A stretch of 64,000 nucleotides of DNA from the human T2T-CHM13v2.0 reference genome, Homo sapiens. Position numbers and translations under genes: made by a program. The DNA lies in assembly GCF_009914755.1 (NCBI RefSeq), contig NC_060931.1. One strand, given 5' to 3'. A model generated the notes under the pieces. The model did not search any database. It was given only the letters and a program-made list of their open reading frames with translations, and was not told where the DNA came from. Positions 29,981 through 46,700 of the stretch are shown piece after piece. Position 1 is the stretch's first letter. The number at the start of each line of letters is the position of its first letter.

Positions 29981-30146
29981 GAACAAGAAATAAAAAAGAA
30001 AGGACATTTAAAGCAGTAGCCAAAATGATGGCAGATGTCCCTGACCAACCTGGGTTCTCTGCCAGTATCAGATAGAGGTGACTCATTGCCAATTTGGGAA
30101 GCTGTTATGGACTGGGGGAACCTCAGGGGATAGTCTCTCCCATGAG
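29981..30146 (+). pseudogene. Laminin beta-like exon remnant
   Basis: Strong polypyrimidine acceptor ttccaaatAG; AVAKMMADV/LTNL cf. LAMB3 AVEGQVEDVVGNL, then IWEAVMD cf. LAMB2 IRGAVAD without a gap; gag|GTggct. Confidence 0.6.
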
Positions 30147-30995
30147 GTGGCTTTCTACACTGCCTGAAGTTGCTTTAATGGTTTTTAGGAATAAGGTAGG
30201 GAAGGGCGGGGAGAACATTCTGTTTTATTTTGATTTCTGGTTTCAAGCCTGCATTTATTGCTCTATGACTAGCTCCATTTACATGCAAAAACCCCTGACA
30301 ATAATCCATTCCTTTATGTGACAGTTCAAGCTAGATGCATTCTGGTGGATTACTCCTGATACCTAAAATAAGTATACAGTGTATATACAGTATAAATGGG
30401 CCAGTACAACATGGTCCATTGCTTCTTAATGTTAGTGCTCGATTTCTAGCTATAATAGGTACTTAGCAGTACAACCTCTGAAAATGATTTGTATCATATC
30501 ATTTTTGCTTATTGAACAAGAGTAGCTTACTGCATTTATGTTGTATACTTATGAGTCCAACTTAAGTAGGCAGGATTTTCAGCTTTTAAACATAAGGAGG
30601 AGAGTATCTTAATTTTATTGTTTTTGCTAATGCTGTTAACAGCTGTCCTGGCAATAGCTTTTATGAGAATAAATGCTTTCTGACAAAAATTTCCTGTTAG
30701 AATACTCTTGTGAAACTGTACATCAGATCAAACTAAACCAAATTTGTCTCCTCCTTGCCATGATGTCTCCTCTGGAGTGTTATTTAGATGCCTGGATCTC
30801 TCAGGACAGGCTCTTGTTTTATCAGTAAACACCCTGCTCCAGCAGTCTTAATCAAAATTCCATACAATTAGACTTAACATACAGTAACCTTTAATACATG
30901 CAAAAATGCATTCCATAAGAAAGTGACAATATGCATATGTCAGGAAAGTGACAAACCCTTGCCTCTATTATTCTTTATCATTTTTTTTTTCTTAG

Positions 30996-31129
30996 GCAGA
31001 AAGCTGGTCCAGGTATTTTAGCCTCAACTCTGTCTCATATTGCTCTTCGTTGCTTCCCTTGACTTCAAAACACATCAAATGATCTACTAATTAAAAAAAA
31101 ATAGAAGAAACATGAACTTTTTCCAGCAG
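30996..31129 (+). pseudogene. Laminin beta-like exon remnant
   Basis: T10-cttAG acceptor; AE/KLVQVF*PQL cf. LAMB3 AEKLVTSMTKQL; KKIEET cf. LAMB2 STAEET; cag|GTatag. Confidence 0.5.
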
Positions 31130-31374
31130 GTATAGGAAAAGGAAAATTTTACCTTGTCTATTTTTTTCTTTAATTCTGAAAAATGTAAACAGCATCTCAT
31201 TGAATGTGGAGCATTTCTGTTTGCCCTTTGTATTTTCAGCTGTCCTTGAATCCTTTGTCTTTCTTCCTTTATTTTTGGAAGTTGCTAGTAATGTTATTTC
31301 TGAAATACTGTTCATGATTCACTTTTCAAACATATAAAGAAAAGTCATGTCAACTTGTGCATTTTACATATTAG

Positions 31375-31459
31375 GGAGAGGAATTTAAAGATGAGATATT
31401 CATAAAGTATTTTATAATAAATGTTCTCTTACTACAAAATCAATTCATCAAACTTAGAG
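31375..31459 (+). pseudogene. Possible laminin beta-like exon remnant
   Basis: tattAG|gga...agag|GTttgt, open frame EFKDEIFIKYFIINVLL cf. LAMB1 TLDGELDEKYKKVENLI; AT-rich, so a chance match is possible. Confidence 0.35.
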
Positions 31460-33186
31460 GTTTGTTTTAAGTACATAAATGAAAATAACCCCCAAATGAG
31501 CAGTCATAAACTTCAGACAGAGTATAAAGTAACATTAAGTCACAGAAACAATAAAAGGATAAATATAATACCGCTAATAAAGTGCAGATATCTTAAAACT
31601 GATATGAATACAAAAAAAGTAGAAAAATCAACACATAATAAATAGGCATAAGTGAAAGGCGAAATATTCCACAGAGGGCCCTAGTGAGTGCTACTGAGAG
31701 ATCATTTAAACCAAATGAGCACAATGTTTTTGAGGATTGCAATAGGTGGTCGCCATAGAATAATAAGTCACAGTCTCTTGGTACTTCCTTCATTCCCTAA
31801 TTTTGAGTAAAGTGCCTTTGAAAATAGAATTACTTTAAAGCACAGAAACCTCAGTGGAGCAAGGTTTCCTATTGAAAAGGGTTCCACGTGAAATGGGTCT
31901 TCCTTGGCTTCTTCCAGTGGGATTTAAGGAAGAAGTAGCAGGCTTTCTTTATGAAGCACTATTAACATATCAGGTTGTCCCAATACATGGATCCCAAGCA
32001 CAACTAGTGTGTCAGTATAAAAGTAGAAGCGAATAAAGTACACCTATATAATGTAAAATAATCTATGATAGTCAAAATATTGTGTCTTAACATGGAAGTA
32101 TTTGTTTAGAAGGACATAAACCATTTATTACATAATTTAAAAATGTTATTTGACCTAATAATCCTGAAAAGAAGGCAACCTCAGAATAATCCTTGTTGGA
32201 AAAAATAACTGTATGGAATTCTGTGCTGACAATTTATTAAACATTCTATGTTATAGAACATAAATGAAAATACAATCACACACAAATTCCTAATTTCGAG
32301 TTTATTATTAGTATTGGACCATAGTCACTTCCCTGCTTCAAATATCTTGCAAAATAATGATCTTTTGAAAGAGAATATTGTCTTTTTTGTCTTGAGTGAA
32401 CAGTATCATTTTATTAGAACACAATCATTGTTATTTATAAATGTGATCCTTCTGCTTATTAATCTTTTCAAGAGACTTGTATCTATGTATCTTTTGTGTT
32501 TTTCCAACTCTGGAAATCTTTTTCTCAACACAGCCTAAAGTAATTCAGTTTTAAGCATTTAAAGGTTTAAACTTTAATGGCAAAATACTCAGAAGCTTTT
32601 GGAAATCATGTTGAATAAACATCACACTTTCCTAACACTTAATGGTTATTGATGTTAAAGTACTATGCCATTAATAAAAAATTATAAATCAAAGTACTTG
32701 CAGAGGAGAGGAGAAATAAAATTAGAAAATAGTCTCAGTAGGATGAATTATTAAATAAAAATATCGTCTTAAAACATAATGGATTCTATTTTCATTAGAA
32801 CTTCCAATGACAAATCAGATTTTCTTTCTCTTATTAAAATTGTTGGAATGTACTAAAGATGCACTTTCTCAAAATATTGAGAGGCAGAGGAAAGAACCAG
32901 GCCTACATAATTCTGACATTTAATAAACTCAGATCATTAACAACCCTTCCCCCCATCCCCATGTGCCTTGACCTTGCTCAACTCCATCACTTCATCCAAT
33001 TAGTTCTCTTTCTTTAGCATCATGCTCAATTGTGTTGGTTTATCTTCATTTCTGTGATCACAACTAGCCTGTACTCTGTCAGATTCTTTGAAATGGAATT
33101 CTTTTTCTACTTTGAATTCTCTTTCTTCAGCTATTCGAATAGATGGCTATTCTCACTCTTCATATCTCCATTCAATATGTCCCTCA

Positions 33187-33460
33187 CTGTGGTAGACTGC
33201 TTCCAAATATGGTCACCAATCATTATTCCATTATTTCATTCCTCTTCATGCATGCAATTCCTCCCATTCAATTCCAACAGGTGAACTCTGTTTTACTTCC
33301 TTTTGAATCTGGGCTGGTCTTAAGATGGGCTGATCTTCTAACTATCTTTGACTCATAGAATGCAGCAGAAGTGTCACCTGAGAATTCCTAGCTTAGATCT
33401 TAAGAAGACATGTAGCTCTTGCTTTAGCTCTCTTGGGATTCAGACTCCACATTTTGTTAA
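33187..33460 (+). mobile_element. MLT1 (F/G/H-like) LTR 5' part
   Basis: tgtggtagactgcttccaaatatggtcacc...ttgaatctgggctgg...atagaatgcagcagaagtg. Confidence 0.7.
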
Positions 33461-34127
33461 AAACTTGACACCTTCACATTGTCAAGGAAAAGAACAGCCT
33501 CTTTTGGTATCTTCAGTGGATCAGAAGGTTATTCTTTCCCAGAGATACAAGAAAACAGTTTCTCTATTCTAACTAACACTAATGGGCTGATATATCCATC
33601 TCTGAACCAATTGCTATGGGTATGAAAAAGAGCCTCATCTATTGTCTTAACACAATTGGGGTGCAAGAGAATGTGTTTCATTTTAGGAGAATGTAAAACT
33701 ACCAAGTGATGCATTAGAAGGGGCTAAATTATACCTATATCCTCAAGATTTTGTTTTTAGCAGTTTAATTCATAAATCCTGCCAATGTTTACCCATATTT
33801 ATCACCTGGAGATTTGTTATTTACTATTTCTTCTGCCTCAGGCTTTTGACTGAATGCCAGTACAATTTGTAAATCTGGATATGGATTTCTTGGAAATTTG
33901 AATTCCTGATTTAACTTATTTGTAGTAGTTGTCTTTAGGATAATATTTTTCTGTGGTAGGTACATTTTAGGTTATATCTTTTCATGTTTTTATCTCTAGT
34001 ATCTAACACAATCTTGCACATAGTAGGAGCATATCTATTTGTTTTGAGAAAATAAGAATATTTTAAGGGCTATGTTTTTTCTTTAATAGAGTAAATAAAT
34101 AAAGTATATATGTATTACTGTTTAAAG

Positions 34128-34225
34128 CCATTGAAATTCTCCTAAAACACAGGATGTTTTACGGAAAGTTGTTCAATAAATCTAAGGTTCCAGAAATAGA
34201 CGTCTTTTCCGTTAATACCACTTCA
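34128..34225 (+). pseudogene. Laminin beta-like terminal coding exon remnant
   Basis: ILLK/TQDVLRKVVQ*I*GSRNRRLFR/YTTS cf. LAMB3 C-terminus [32 protein letters not shown]. Confidence 0.55.
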
Positions 34226-34727
34226 TCTGTGGGTTCAGTAAGTTCAATAAGTCTTCAGAATGTGAGAGGGAACATGATGATCTGTTCAAGAAGATATGGG
34301 ACAGAATTTGTCTTCTATTTATTTTGTGGTGTTCAAGGGTAAATGTAATACTTTCTGGATGTTGTTTTGGAGCTTGGAAGCCCCGCAAATTAAATTTATG
34401 TTACAGGCATATTTTATTCCTTTGGAGAGAATATTAGTACATCTTTAATTTTTCTTCTATTCTTTTTATTTTATAATAAAAAGTAATTCAAAACCCTTAG
34501 ATTTTTACAGTTTCTGTATTGACTGGCTTGAAGCACTCTAAGGAGGCATTTCAGCAGCATAAGTCAGTGTATACCATTAGGAGTCAGCGGACAAACTGAG
34601 TTGTCACAAACTATTGTAAAACAACCACACTGAACACCTCAACAACATGTTCCTTTATCCCCCCTTCCTGTCATCACTATTCTTTACCCTGCTCTATTTT
34701 TTATCCCTTTAAACAAATTTAATACAC

Positions 34728-34990
34728 TTTTTATTTTTGAATAATTTTGTACTTACACAAAAGTTACAAAGATAATTCAGAGAGTTTTTGAATACCCCTC
34801 ATCCACTTTTGCATATTTTTAACATCTTATATTACTATGGTTCATTTATTAAAACTAAGAAACTGGCATTCCTATACTGTTATTAACTAAACTCCAGAAT
34901 TTATTTGGATTTCTCTTGTTTTCCACTCATTTCCTCTTTCTTTCCAGGATTAAATCTAACATACCTCATTCCATTTAGCTGCTATATTTC
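34728..34990 (-). mobile_element. L1MC-type 3'UTR fragment
   Basis: acttacacaaaagttacaaagata...aaaactaagaaa...ttaactaaactccag. Confidence 0.7.
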
Positions 34991-35499
34991 TCCTTTCTTT
35001 TCTTTACTTCTCTCCTCTTTCTCTTCTCATGCTTCACTTGACTCACCATTCCCTCTCAATTACAGCATTATTTATGTTATTATCTTAGTTTCCTCAACAC
35101 CTTTTTTTTTCTCCTTAACTCTCTTCAGTCTAGTTTTGTTCTCAGGTGCTCCACTCTTACTGTTTATTCCCTGAAATATTTAATGAACATCTACTATGTG
35201 CCAGACACTGTGCTCAACATTTATTTACAATGATGAGCAAGGCACAGTCTTGAATACAGAGAGCTTACAACCCAGGTTATTCTTAGGTTTCCAACTTTAA
35301 TACAATAGTCTTTTCTTACCCAAGTCATCTTTCTTGACCTTGGCTTCTTTTGGTCATTTTCCTCAACCTCTTTTGAAAACTTCTTGTTCTTGGATTTCAG
35401 TTGTACCCTGAAAAAGTGACTGGTTTTGACATGAGCCCTATAGAATTAGTCTCATCACTGTATAATTTGAACTTTTCTTCTTGTAATTATGTTCCCCTT

Positions 35500-35527
35500 T
35501 GTCTTTCTTTTCTTTCTTTCTTCCTTC

Positions 35528-35587
<60 letters not shown>
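35500..35587. repeat. (TTTC)n microsatellite
   Basis: Seen directly. Confidence 0.95.
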
Positions 35588-35910
35588 TAAAGGAGAGTCA
35601 ACAGTTATCTCTAGGCTGATGATTCACAGATATATCACACTCATCTTTAGTGTTCTATTTCCATTTCATCATTGGTTCCTTGGTTCCTCAACATATATTT
35701 TCCATTCTCTCCAAACCAATTTTCTAGTTACTTTGGCAACCTTACTTTGAGTATTGTTTATTTAACCTTGCTTTATTAATCTATAGTGAGGATATGTAGA
35801 TTGTGAGTATGGGCAATGAAATTTATATTTTAGTTACATTTTAATCATTTGGAAATAACTAATATTACAAATCGTTAATTTTTCTATTTTTTCTTTCATG
35901 ATAAACAGTA

Positions 35911-36266
35911 TGTATTAGTCCATTTTCATGCTGCTGATAAAGACATACCTGAGACTGGGAACAAAAAGAAGTTTAATTGGACTTACAGTTCCACATGGCT
36001 GGGGGTGCCTCAGAATCACGGCTGGAGGTAAAAAGCACTTGTTACATGGCAGTGGCAAGAGAAAAAATGAGATAGAAGCAAAAGCGGAAACCCCTGATAA
36101 ACCCAACAGATATGGTGAAACTTATTCACTGTCACGTGAATAGGACAGGAAATACCAGCCCCCATGATTCAATTACTTCCCCATGGGTCCCTCCCACAAC
36201 CCCTGGGAATTCTGGAAGCTACAATTCAAGTTGAGATTTGGGTGGGGACACAGCCAAACCACATCA
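35911..36266 (-). mobile_element. THE1 (C-like) solo LTR
   Basis: tgtattagtcc...cagccaaaccacatca; perfect TSD cagta. Confidence 0.92.
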
Positions 36267-36389
36267 CAGTAAATTACAAACTACTGATGTTTTCATTTAC
36301 ACTGTGTATTCTCTCTTTATTTACACCGTAAATGGTTTCAATACAGAAGATAATTTGATTATATTCACATGGGGATTTTTTAAAATACA

Positions 36390-37700
<1,311 letters not shown>

Positions 37701-38244
37701 ATAATCAGTCATTTTTGAAAATAATCTCTTGGATTTTTTTCTCTTTCCTGACCAATATTAGTGCCATCCCCTTAGGCTGTGGTCCAACATACAATATTTG
37801 TGGACTTTTATATTTTCCTGCTAACAGCTTCTAGAATAATATTTCCAAGATTTTTTCAAACATTCCACTGAGTACTTACATATGTATCATCATACATATT
37901 GCCTTTGTGACCAGAGCTAAGCTTTTCAATATTCATTAAAGAATGTGCATCATTTTGTCCTATGGTACTTATTACATTTTATTCTCTATCTTTCTAAATA
38001 ACCAACCTGTTTCCTAGTTGGGCTGACCATTTCGCAGCCTCTCATAAGTACAATGCTCTTTCCTGTTTCTGCTTTTTAAATACAATTTTCTTATGTAGGA
38101 TTTTCTCACTTTCAGATATAATTCCAGACTTATCTCCATATATTAATTATCAGATTTTGTTAGAGTAATTTGAATGTACTTAGACATCACCAGCTTGTAT
38201 GTACAAATGAGGTCACATTAATATGTGTGCCCACCTATAACTGA

Positions 38245-38617
<373 letters not shown>

Positions 38618-38859
38618 TAGGTCCTCAACATATAACATTAATACAGTTAACTTCTTGGGATACTTCTTCTTCCAGGGAAGTGTTTCAACCTCTGATCATG
38701 ACTGCAGCTAAACATTTTCCTGTGTAATGGTTCGTCAAGCACCTAGCTCCAGCACTGACCATTTTAGAGTCAAGCCACAGCTGGGTTGCTTGGGATTTAA
38801 GGTGTCACAGTTTCTACATTGGCTGAGATGAAGGGTATGATACATTAAAATTAAGAATA

Positions 38860-39176
38860 CAATAGTTCCCCCTTATCCTCAAGGGATACATTCCAAGACT
38901 TCCAGTGGTTGCCTGAAACCATAGACAGTACTGAACACTACATATACTATGATTTTCCTATACATATATACTTATAACAAAGTTTAATGTATAAATTAGG
39001 CACAGTAAGCGATGAACAACAATTAGTAATAGGATAATTATAACAATATGTTGTGTGAATGTGGTCCTTCTCTTTGAAAATATCTTATCCTACTGCATCC
39101 ACATAGTTTTGGACTGTAGTGACCAGCAGCAACTGAAACCATGGAAAGTGAAACTGAAAATAAGGGTAAACTATGG
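38860..39176 (+). mobile_element. MER44A full-length MITE
   Basis: TIRs caatagttcccccttatc / ataagggtaaactatgg; TA on both sides. Confidence 0.85.
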
Positions 39177-39209
39177 TAAAGTGAGGCCCTTGTATAAGTT
39201 AAGTTCAAC

Positions 39210-39701
39210 CAGTAAAAATGTTCATCAATATCATTCAAGGAAGGCTTATTTATAATGGGTCTTGTGACAGAGGTGTGAACAGGGTGTTAGGGATCCATAG
39301 TAGCTAAGGAACCTAGACCAGCAGCAGAGGGGCTGCTACCGCACCAAGGGTAGCCAAAGAGACAACGGGTTGGTGAGTCACATCAGGCAGGCTGCTTGAG
39401 TGCAGCAGTGGCCTTCAGAGAGAGATGGCCAGCATGAGGCTGTCTGTCAGGGAAGGAATAAATGATTTGCAGAGTAAAGATACTGGACTCGAAACAATAG
39501 AGAATGGAGTAACTAAAAGCTCACATTCTCCTCTCTTCCTCTGACTGTTTCTGGAGTCCTCATTGGCTGGCTGAAGACAATCGGAAGTGAGAGGAAATGG
39601 TTATCCTGTTAATACATTCTATACAGGTGAGCCTCAGAGAAATGAGAGGATGGAGAAGGGCAGAGAATGGCTCTAGAGCAGAAAATGGACATACATGGCA
39701 C
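39210..39701 (-). mobile_element. LTR33-like ERVL LTR
   Basis: cctcattggctggctgaa...ggagaagggcagagaatggctctagagcagaaaatggacatacatggcaca. Confidence 0.6.
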
Positions 39702-39949
39702 AGCCACACTTGACTATTCATATCTGCAAATATTGAGCAATCAGATTTTTTTCTTTTAATACTAAATGACAATTGTCATAATTAGCCTCAAACATTATCA
39801 GCGTGTCGTACAGGCTTAATTTTATATCAATACTCTTGAAACTTGAGAGAAAATAAAATTATCACTTAATAAAAACAATAATGCCTTGTACTTTGCATTG
39901 GTCCTTGTAATTCTAAGTACTTTTGCATACATGGTCTCATTTAATAGAT

Positions 39950-40135
39950 ATTAATGAAATAAATAATATATTTTGTACTATATTCTGGGTGCTGTTCTGA
40001 AGGATTTATGTCCTACAACTCTGTAAGGTAGTCTCTTTTATAGATAAGGAAAATGAGACACAGTTACGTTATCTAAGTTGCCAATAGTAAAGCCTGGATA
40101 TAAACACAGAACCTGCCCTCAAAACCAATGTACAT
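39950..40135. mobile_element. MIR fragment
   Basis: cctacaactctgtaaggtag...tttatagataaggaaaatgagacacag core. Confidence 0.65.
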
Positions 40136-40893
40136 GTGGCTTTTGATACGTACAATAAAAATTGATTGAATTATAAATGTGAGTTAATAGAGTTATTTTG
40201 CATAAGAAATAAATGAAGGCTTTAAGAGTATAAGGTGAAGTGCTTTGAATTCTTTTAAGTAAATAATTTAGCAATGGGACAGTAGTCTTAGTTCAGAGCT
40301 CTTTTCATTATTTCGAATTTGTAAGGAAGATTTCTTTAATAATCATAATGAGTTCATGTTTCAAGATCTTGTTAGAGCTAATGCAAAAAAATCAAATATA
40401 GGTTGCTAGTTGTAAAAAGCCACATTCTCGTTGTTATTAAACACATACAAATATGGAATTGAACTTACTCCATTTAGAAATGATTGATCACTTGTTGATG
40501 TCAGAGGTCCTCTGGCAATGCTTCCAAATTTCCTGTGATGATGAAAGGTCATAACATCACTTTTATGTCACTTATATCACTTGTTTTCCTTGGAGAGTGA
40601 GAGGTGGCACTACCAGGTAACACAGGTGTCTACAGCTGCAGAATCTGTGATGTTCAGACGCACTATGCTTTTTAATATTCCACTTGGGCAAAATACTTTC
40701 AACTATTTCTGTCAGGGCTGCTGTTATTCACAAGTTTTTAATCTTGCAGCCTGAACATGGATAGTTTGAATTTATATTTGGCACATATGTTCTTTACTTT
40801 TTAATATTCTCTGTCATCCTCTAGCCCAGTATCCTTAAGATTCATCGGTGTCCCTTAAAAGGCATGTGTACCTTGAATCCTTTACCCTTGTAT

Positions 40894-42066
40894 ATTTTTT
40901 TTTTTTTTGCTTTCCACTTTCTTTTTTCTTTTTTTTTATTATTATACTTTAAGTTTTAGGGTACATGTGCACATTGTGCAGGTTAGTTACATACGTATAC
41001 ATGTGCCATGCTGGTGTGCTGCACCCACTAACTCGTCATCTAGCATTAGGTATATCTCCCACTACTATCCCTCCCCCCTCCCCCGACCCCACAACAGTCC
41101 CCAGAGTGTGATGTTCCCCTTCCTGTGTCCATGTGATCTCATTGTTCAATTCCCACCTATGAGTGAGAATATGCGGTGTTTGGTTTTTTGTTCTTGCGAT
41201 AGTTTACTGAGAATGATGATTTCCAATTTCATCCATGTCCCTACAAAGGACATGAACTCATCATTTTTTATGGCTGCATAGTATTCCATGGTGTATATGT
41301 GCCACATTTTCTTAATCCAGTCTATCATTGTTGGACATTTGGGTTGGTTCCAAGTCTTTGCTATTGTGAATAATGCCGCAATAAACATACATGTGCCTGT
41401 GTCTTTATAGCAGCATGATTTATAGTCCTTTGGGTATATACCCAGTAATGGGATGGCTGGGTCAAATGGTATTTCTAGTTCTAGATCCCTGAGGAATCGC
41501 CACACTGACTTCCACAATGGTTGAACTAGTTTACAGTCCCACCAACAGTGTAAAAGTGTTCCTATTTCTCCACATCCTCTCCAGCACCTGTTGTTTCCTG
41601 ACTTTTTAATGATTGCCATTCTAACTGGTGTGAGATGGTATCTCATTGTGGTTTTGATTTGATTAAAGACTTAAACGTTAGACCTAAAACCATAAAATCT
41701 CTAGAAGAAAACCTAGGCATTACCATTCAGGACACAGGCATGGGCAAGGACTTCATGTCTAAAACACCAAAAGCAATGGCAACAAAAGCCAAAATTGACA
41801 AATGGGATCTAATTAAACTAAAGAGCTTCTGCACAGCAAAAGAAACTACCATCAGAGTGAACAGGCAACCTACAAAATGGGAGAAAATTTTCGCAACCTA
41901 CTCATCTGACAAAGGGCTAATATCCAGAATCTACAATGAACTCAAACAAATTTATAAGAAAAAAACAAACAACCCCATCAAAAAGTGGGCGAAGGACATG
42001 AACAGACACTTCTCAAAAGAAGACATTTATGCAGCCAAAAAACACATGAAAAAATGCTCACCATCA
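40894..42066 (-). mobile_element. L1PA2-like, 5'-truncated with 5' inversion (3' part on -, 40894-41660; inverted part on +, 41661-42066)
   Basis: Near-consensus ORF2 C-terminal ORFs 41146-41646(-) and 41635-42099(+); GAG rather than ACA/ACG diagnostic; TSD tacccttg(g)tatatttttt. Confidence 0.95.
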
Positions 42067-42913
42067 ATACCCTTGGTATATTTTTTAAAATTTACCTAAT
42101 TCAATACATAACATCTTTATTTTTTAAAAATACAACCCATTTGTTTCCTTTCTCTGACATATTGTGTATTTCAAAAGAATGATATGAGCTTACCTTGTAT
42201 TGAACATGAGTATCCTATAAAAGTTCATTTTTATAATATAAACCTTTCTACCCTTGTTCTACGTCACACTGTGAGAAACATTATGTGTGCAGGTATGAAC
42301 ACAAAACTTACATGCCCAGTTTCTTTCCATACATCTGGCTCCTTGTATTTAGTGGTGAATGCATCTGTGACATGAACGTACCTCAGAGAATAGACATTTA
42401 GAATTAGTGTGTACTTGTCCTAAATGCAAGTTTGGGATATTTGAGCAATGATTTCTGGTTATCATACAGTCTAGAAAGGGATGAGTAAATTTCAAGTGGG
42501 CTCATTACTTTGACTTACAGATGCAAAAGGGTATAGTCAGAAGAGAATGCAAGCCAAAGTCAAGTTACCCAAAGTTCAAGGAACAGGTTAGGTCAGTAAC
42601 TAAGACCCTTCTTGGGTCTACTGGTGAACTGGCATTCAGAGTTTATTAAGAATTTCTGCTTTGCAAATAAATCAAGAAGTGTATATTTTCTTCATCTAGA
42701 ACAAGAATTCAATGGAAGACTTTAAAATGTGTATGTCCATTCATTTTTTATTTTTATACATTTTACAATTTAAAAAATTATCATTATTACCAAAATTAGA
42801 AACTGGATTCCTAGTAATGAGCATCACTGTCTCTATATAACACAGAAGGTGAAAATAACATTACATTTGATTTTTTAATGTGTCATTTCCATTGCTTTCA
42901 AAAAAATATTTTT

Positions 42914-43709
<796 letters not shown>

Positions 43710-43710
<1 letters not shown>

Positions 43711-46700
43711 TTATATGAGTTTGATGGGTTTGGACATAGACAAACATCCATAAAACCATGACCACAATCAAGGTAATGCATGTCATCACCTCCAAAATTT
43801 CTTTGTGACCTGTCTTAACATATTTTTCATATATTTTTATTTTTTTCTGATTAGAATACTTAACTTGAGATACACCCTCTTACCAAAAAATTTAAGAGCA
43901 CAATACAGTATTGTTAACTATAGGCGCTACATCTTACTCATCTTGTATATTTGAAACATTTTACTTGTTGAACAGAAACTCCCCATTTCCCTCTCTCCTG
44001 CCAATGATTTCTTAGATACGACATAAAAAACATAGACAATAAAAGCACAAATAGACAAGGGAGACTGCATTAAAATAAAATTGTTTTATTGCAAGGGAAA
44101 CAATCCAGATAAGAAGAGGCAACCTACAGAATGTAAGATGATATTTGTAAACCATATATTTGATAAGAAGTTAATGTACAAAATGTATAAGGAATTCCTA
44201 CAACTCAATAGAAAAAAAAACACAAAACATATTTGAAAACCTAAAATAAACGTGTAACTTCCTAGAAACACACAAGCTACCAAGACTGAATCATGAAGAA
44301 ATAGAAATCTGAACAGAACTGTAAAGAAGAAAGAGATTGAATCAGAACCAAAAACATCCCAACAATGAAAAGCCCAACAGTAAATGGCTTCACTGGAGAA
44401 TTCTACCAAACATCTAAAGACTTAACACCAATTTTTCTTAAACTCTTTCAAAAAATTGAAAAAGAAGAAATACAAATTCAGTTTACAAGGCCAGCATCAC
44501 CAAAGCCAAAGATATCACAAGAAAAGAAAACAATAAATCAATCACTCTGATACAGATGCAAAACTCCTCAACAAAATACTGACAAAATGAACCCAGCAGT
44601 ACCTTAAGAGGATCGTACCCCATGACCAAGTGGAATTTATCTCTGGAATGCAAGAATGGTTTAATATAAACAAATCAAATAATGTAATAAACCACATTAA
44701 GAGGATAAAAATCACATGATCATCTCAAAATATGCAAAAAAAGAATTTGACAAAAATCAACACCTCCATAATAAAACGACTCAACAAACCAGGTCTAGAA
44801 GGAATTTACTTTAACATAATAATGGCCATATATGACAAGCCCACAGCTAACATCATCCTCAATAGTGAAAAACTAAAATATTTTTCTCTAAGATCAGGAG
44901 TTAGACAAGGATGCCCACTATCACCACTTTTATTCAACATGGTTCTGGAAGACCTTATCAGAACAATGAAGCAAGAAAAAGAAATAAAAGACATATAAAC
45001 CAGGAATAAAATAAAATTACTTGTTTGCACAAGACCTGATCTTATATGTGGAAAACTCTAATGACTAAACAAAAAACTCTTAGAACTAAAAAACAAATTC
45101 AAGCAATTTGCATAATACAAAATCAACATACAAAAATCAGTTGTGTTTCTATACACTAACAACAAACTATCTAAAAAGGAATTTAAGACAACAATTCCAC
45201 TTACAATAGTATCAAAAAGAATAAAACCCATAGAAATAAATTTCAGTGAAGAAGCTCATGTATAGGAAGAATTAATTTCATTAAAGTGGCCATACTGCCC
45301 AAAGCAATTTACAGATTAAATGCTCTTCATATCAAAAGACCTGTGACATTCTTCACAGAACTATAAGAAACTATTTTAAAATTCATATGGAACTGAAAAA
45401 GAGCCCAAATAGCCAAGGTAATCTTAAGCAAAAAGAACAAATCTGGAGGTATCATGCTACTTGACTTCAAACTATTCTACAGGACTGTGTTAATCAAAAC
45501 AACATGGTACAGGTACAAAAACCGACACATAGATCAATGGAACAGAATAGAGAGCCCCAAAATAAGGACACACACCTACAACCATCTGGTCTTTGACAAA
45601 GCTGACAAAAACAAGCAATGGTGAAAGAATTTTCTATTTAATAAATGATGATGGTATAACTGGCTAGCCATATGCAGAGGACTAAAATTGGACACCTTCC
45701 TTACACCATATGCAAAAATTAACTCAAGATGGATTAAAGACTTAAATGTAAAACCCCAAACTATAAAAACCCTGCAAGATAACCTAGGCAATACTGTCCT
45801 GGACATAGGAACAGGCAACGATTTCATGACAAAGACACCAAAAGCTATTGCAACAAAACCAAAAATTGACAAATGGGAGCTGATTAAACTAAAACAAAGT
45901 AAACTATCAACAGAATAAACAGAAAACCTACAGAATGTGAGAAATATTTGCAAATTGTGCATCTGATAAAGGTCTAATATCCAGCATCTATAAGGAACTT
46001 AAACAAATTTACAAGAAAAAAAACCAAACAACCCCATTAAAAAGTGGGCACAGGACATGAACAGACATTTTTCTAAAGAATACATACATGCAGCCAACAA
46101 GCATATATATATATGCTCAATATCACTGATTATTAGAGAAATGCAAATCAAAACTGCAATGAGATACCATCTCACATCAGTCAGAATGGCTATTATTGAA
46201 AAGTCAAAGATTTAACTGATGCTTGTGAGGCTGTGGAGAAAAGGGAACTCTTGTACTTTGTTGGTTGGAGTGTAAATTAGTTCAACCATTGTGGGAAGCA
46301 GTATGGTGATTCCTCAAAGAGCTAAAAGCAGATCTGCTAAAAGCAGATCCACCCAGCAATCCCATTACTGGGCATATACCCAGAGGAATATAAATCACTC
46401 TACCATAAAGACACACGCATGCAAATGTTCTCTGCAGCACTATTCACATTGGCAAAGACATAGAATCAACCTAAATGCCCATCAGTGATATATTGGATAA
46501 AGAAAATGTGGTACATATACAGCATGGACTACTATGCAGCTATAAGAAAGAACAAGATCATTTCTTTTGTGGGAACATTGATGAAGCCAGAGCCCATTAT
46601 TCTTAGCAAACTAACACAGGAACAGAAAGCCAATACTGCAGGTTCTCACTTATTATTGGGAGCTTAATGATGAGAATTCATTAACACAATGAAGGGAACA

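Noticed and set aside
32704-32790. Possible additional laminin-like exon (ERRNKIRK*SQ*DELL)
   Set aside because: Order and phase fit, but similarity in AT-rich sequence is too weak to list as a feature.
41146-42099. 166-aa and 154-aa ORFs
   Set aside because: L1 ORF2 C-terminal fragments in a truncated, inverted copy.
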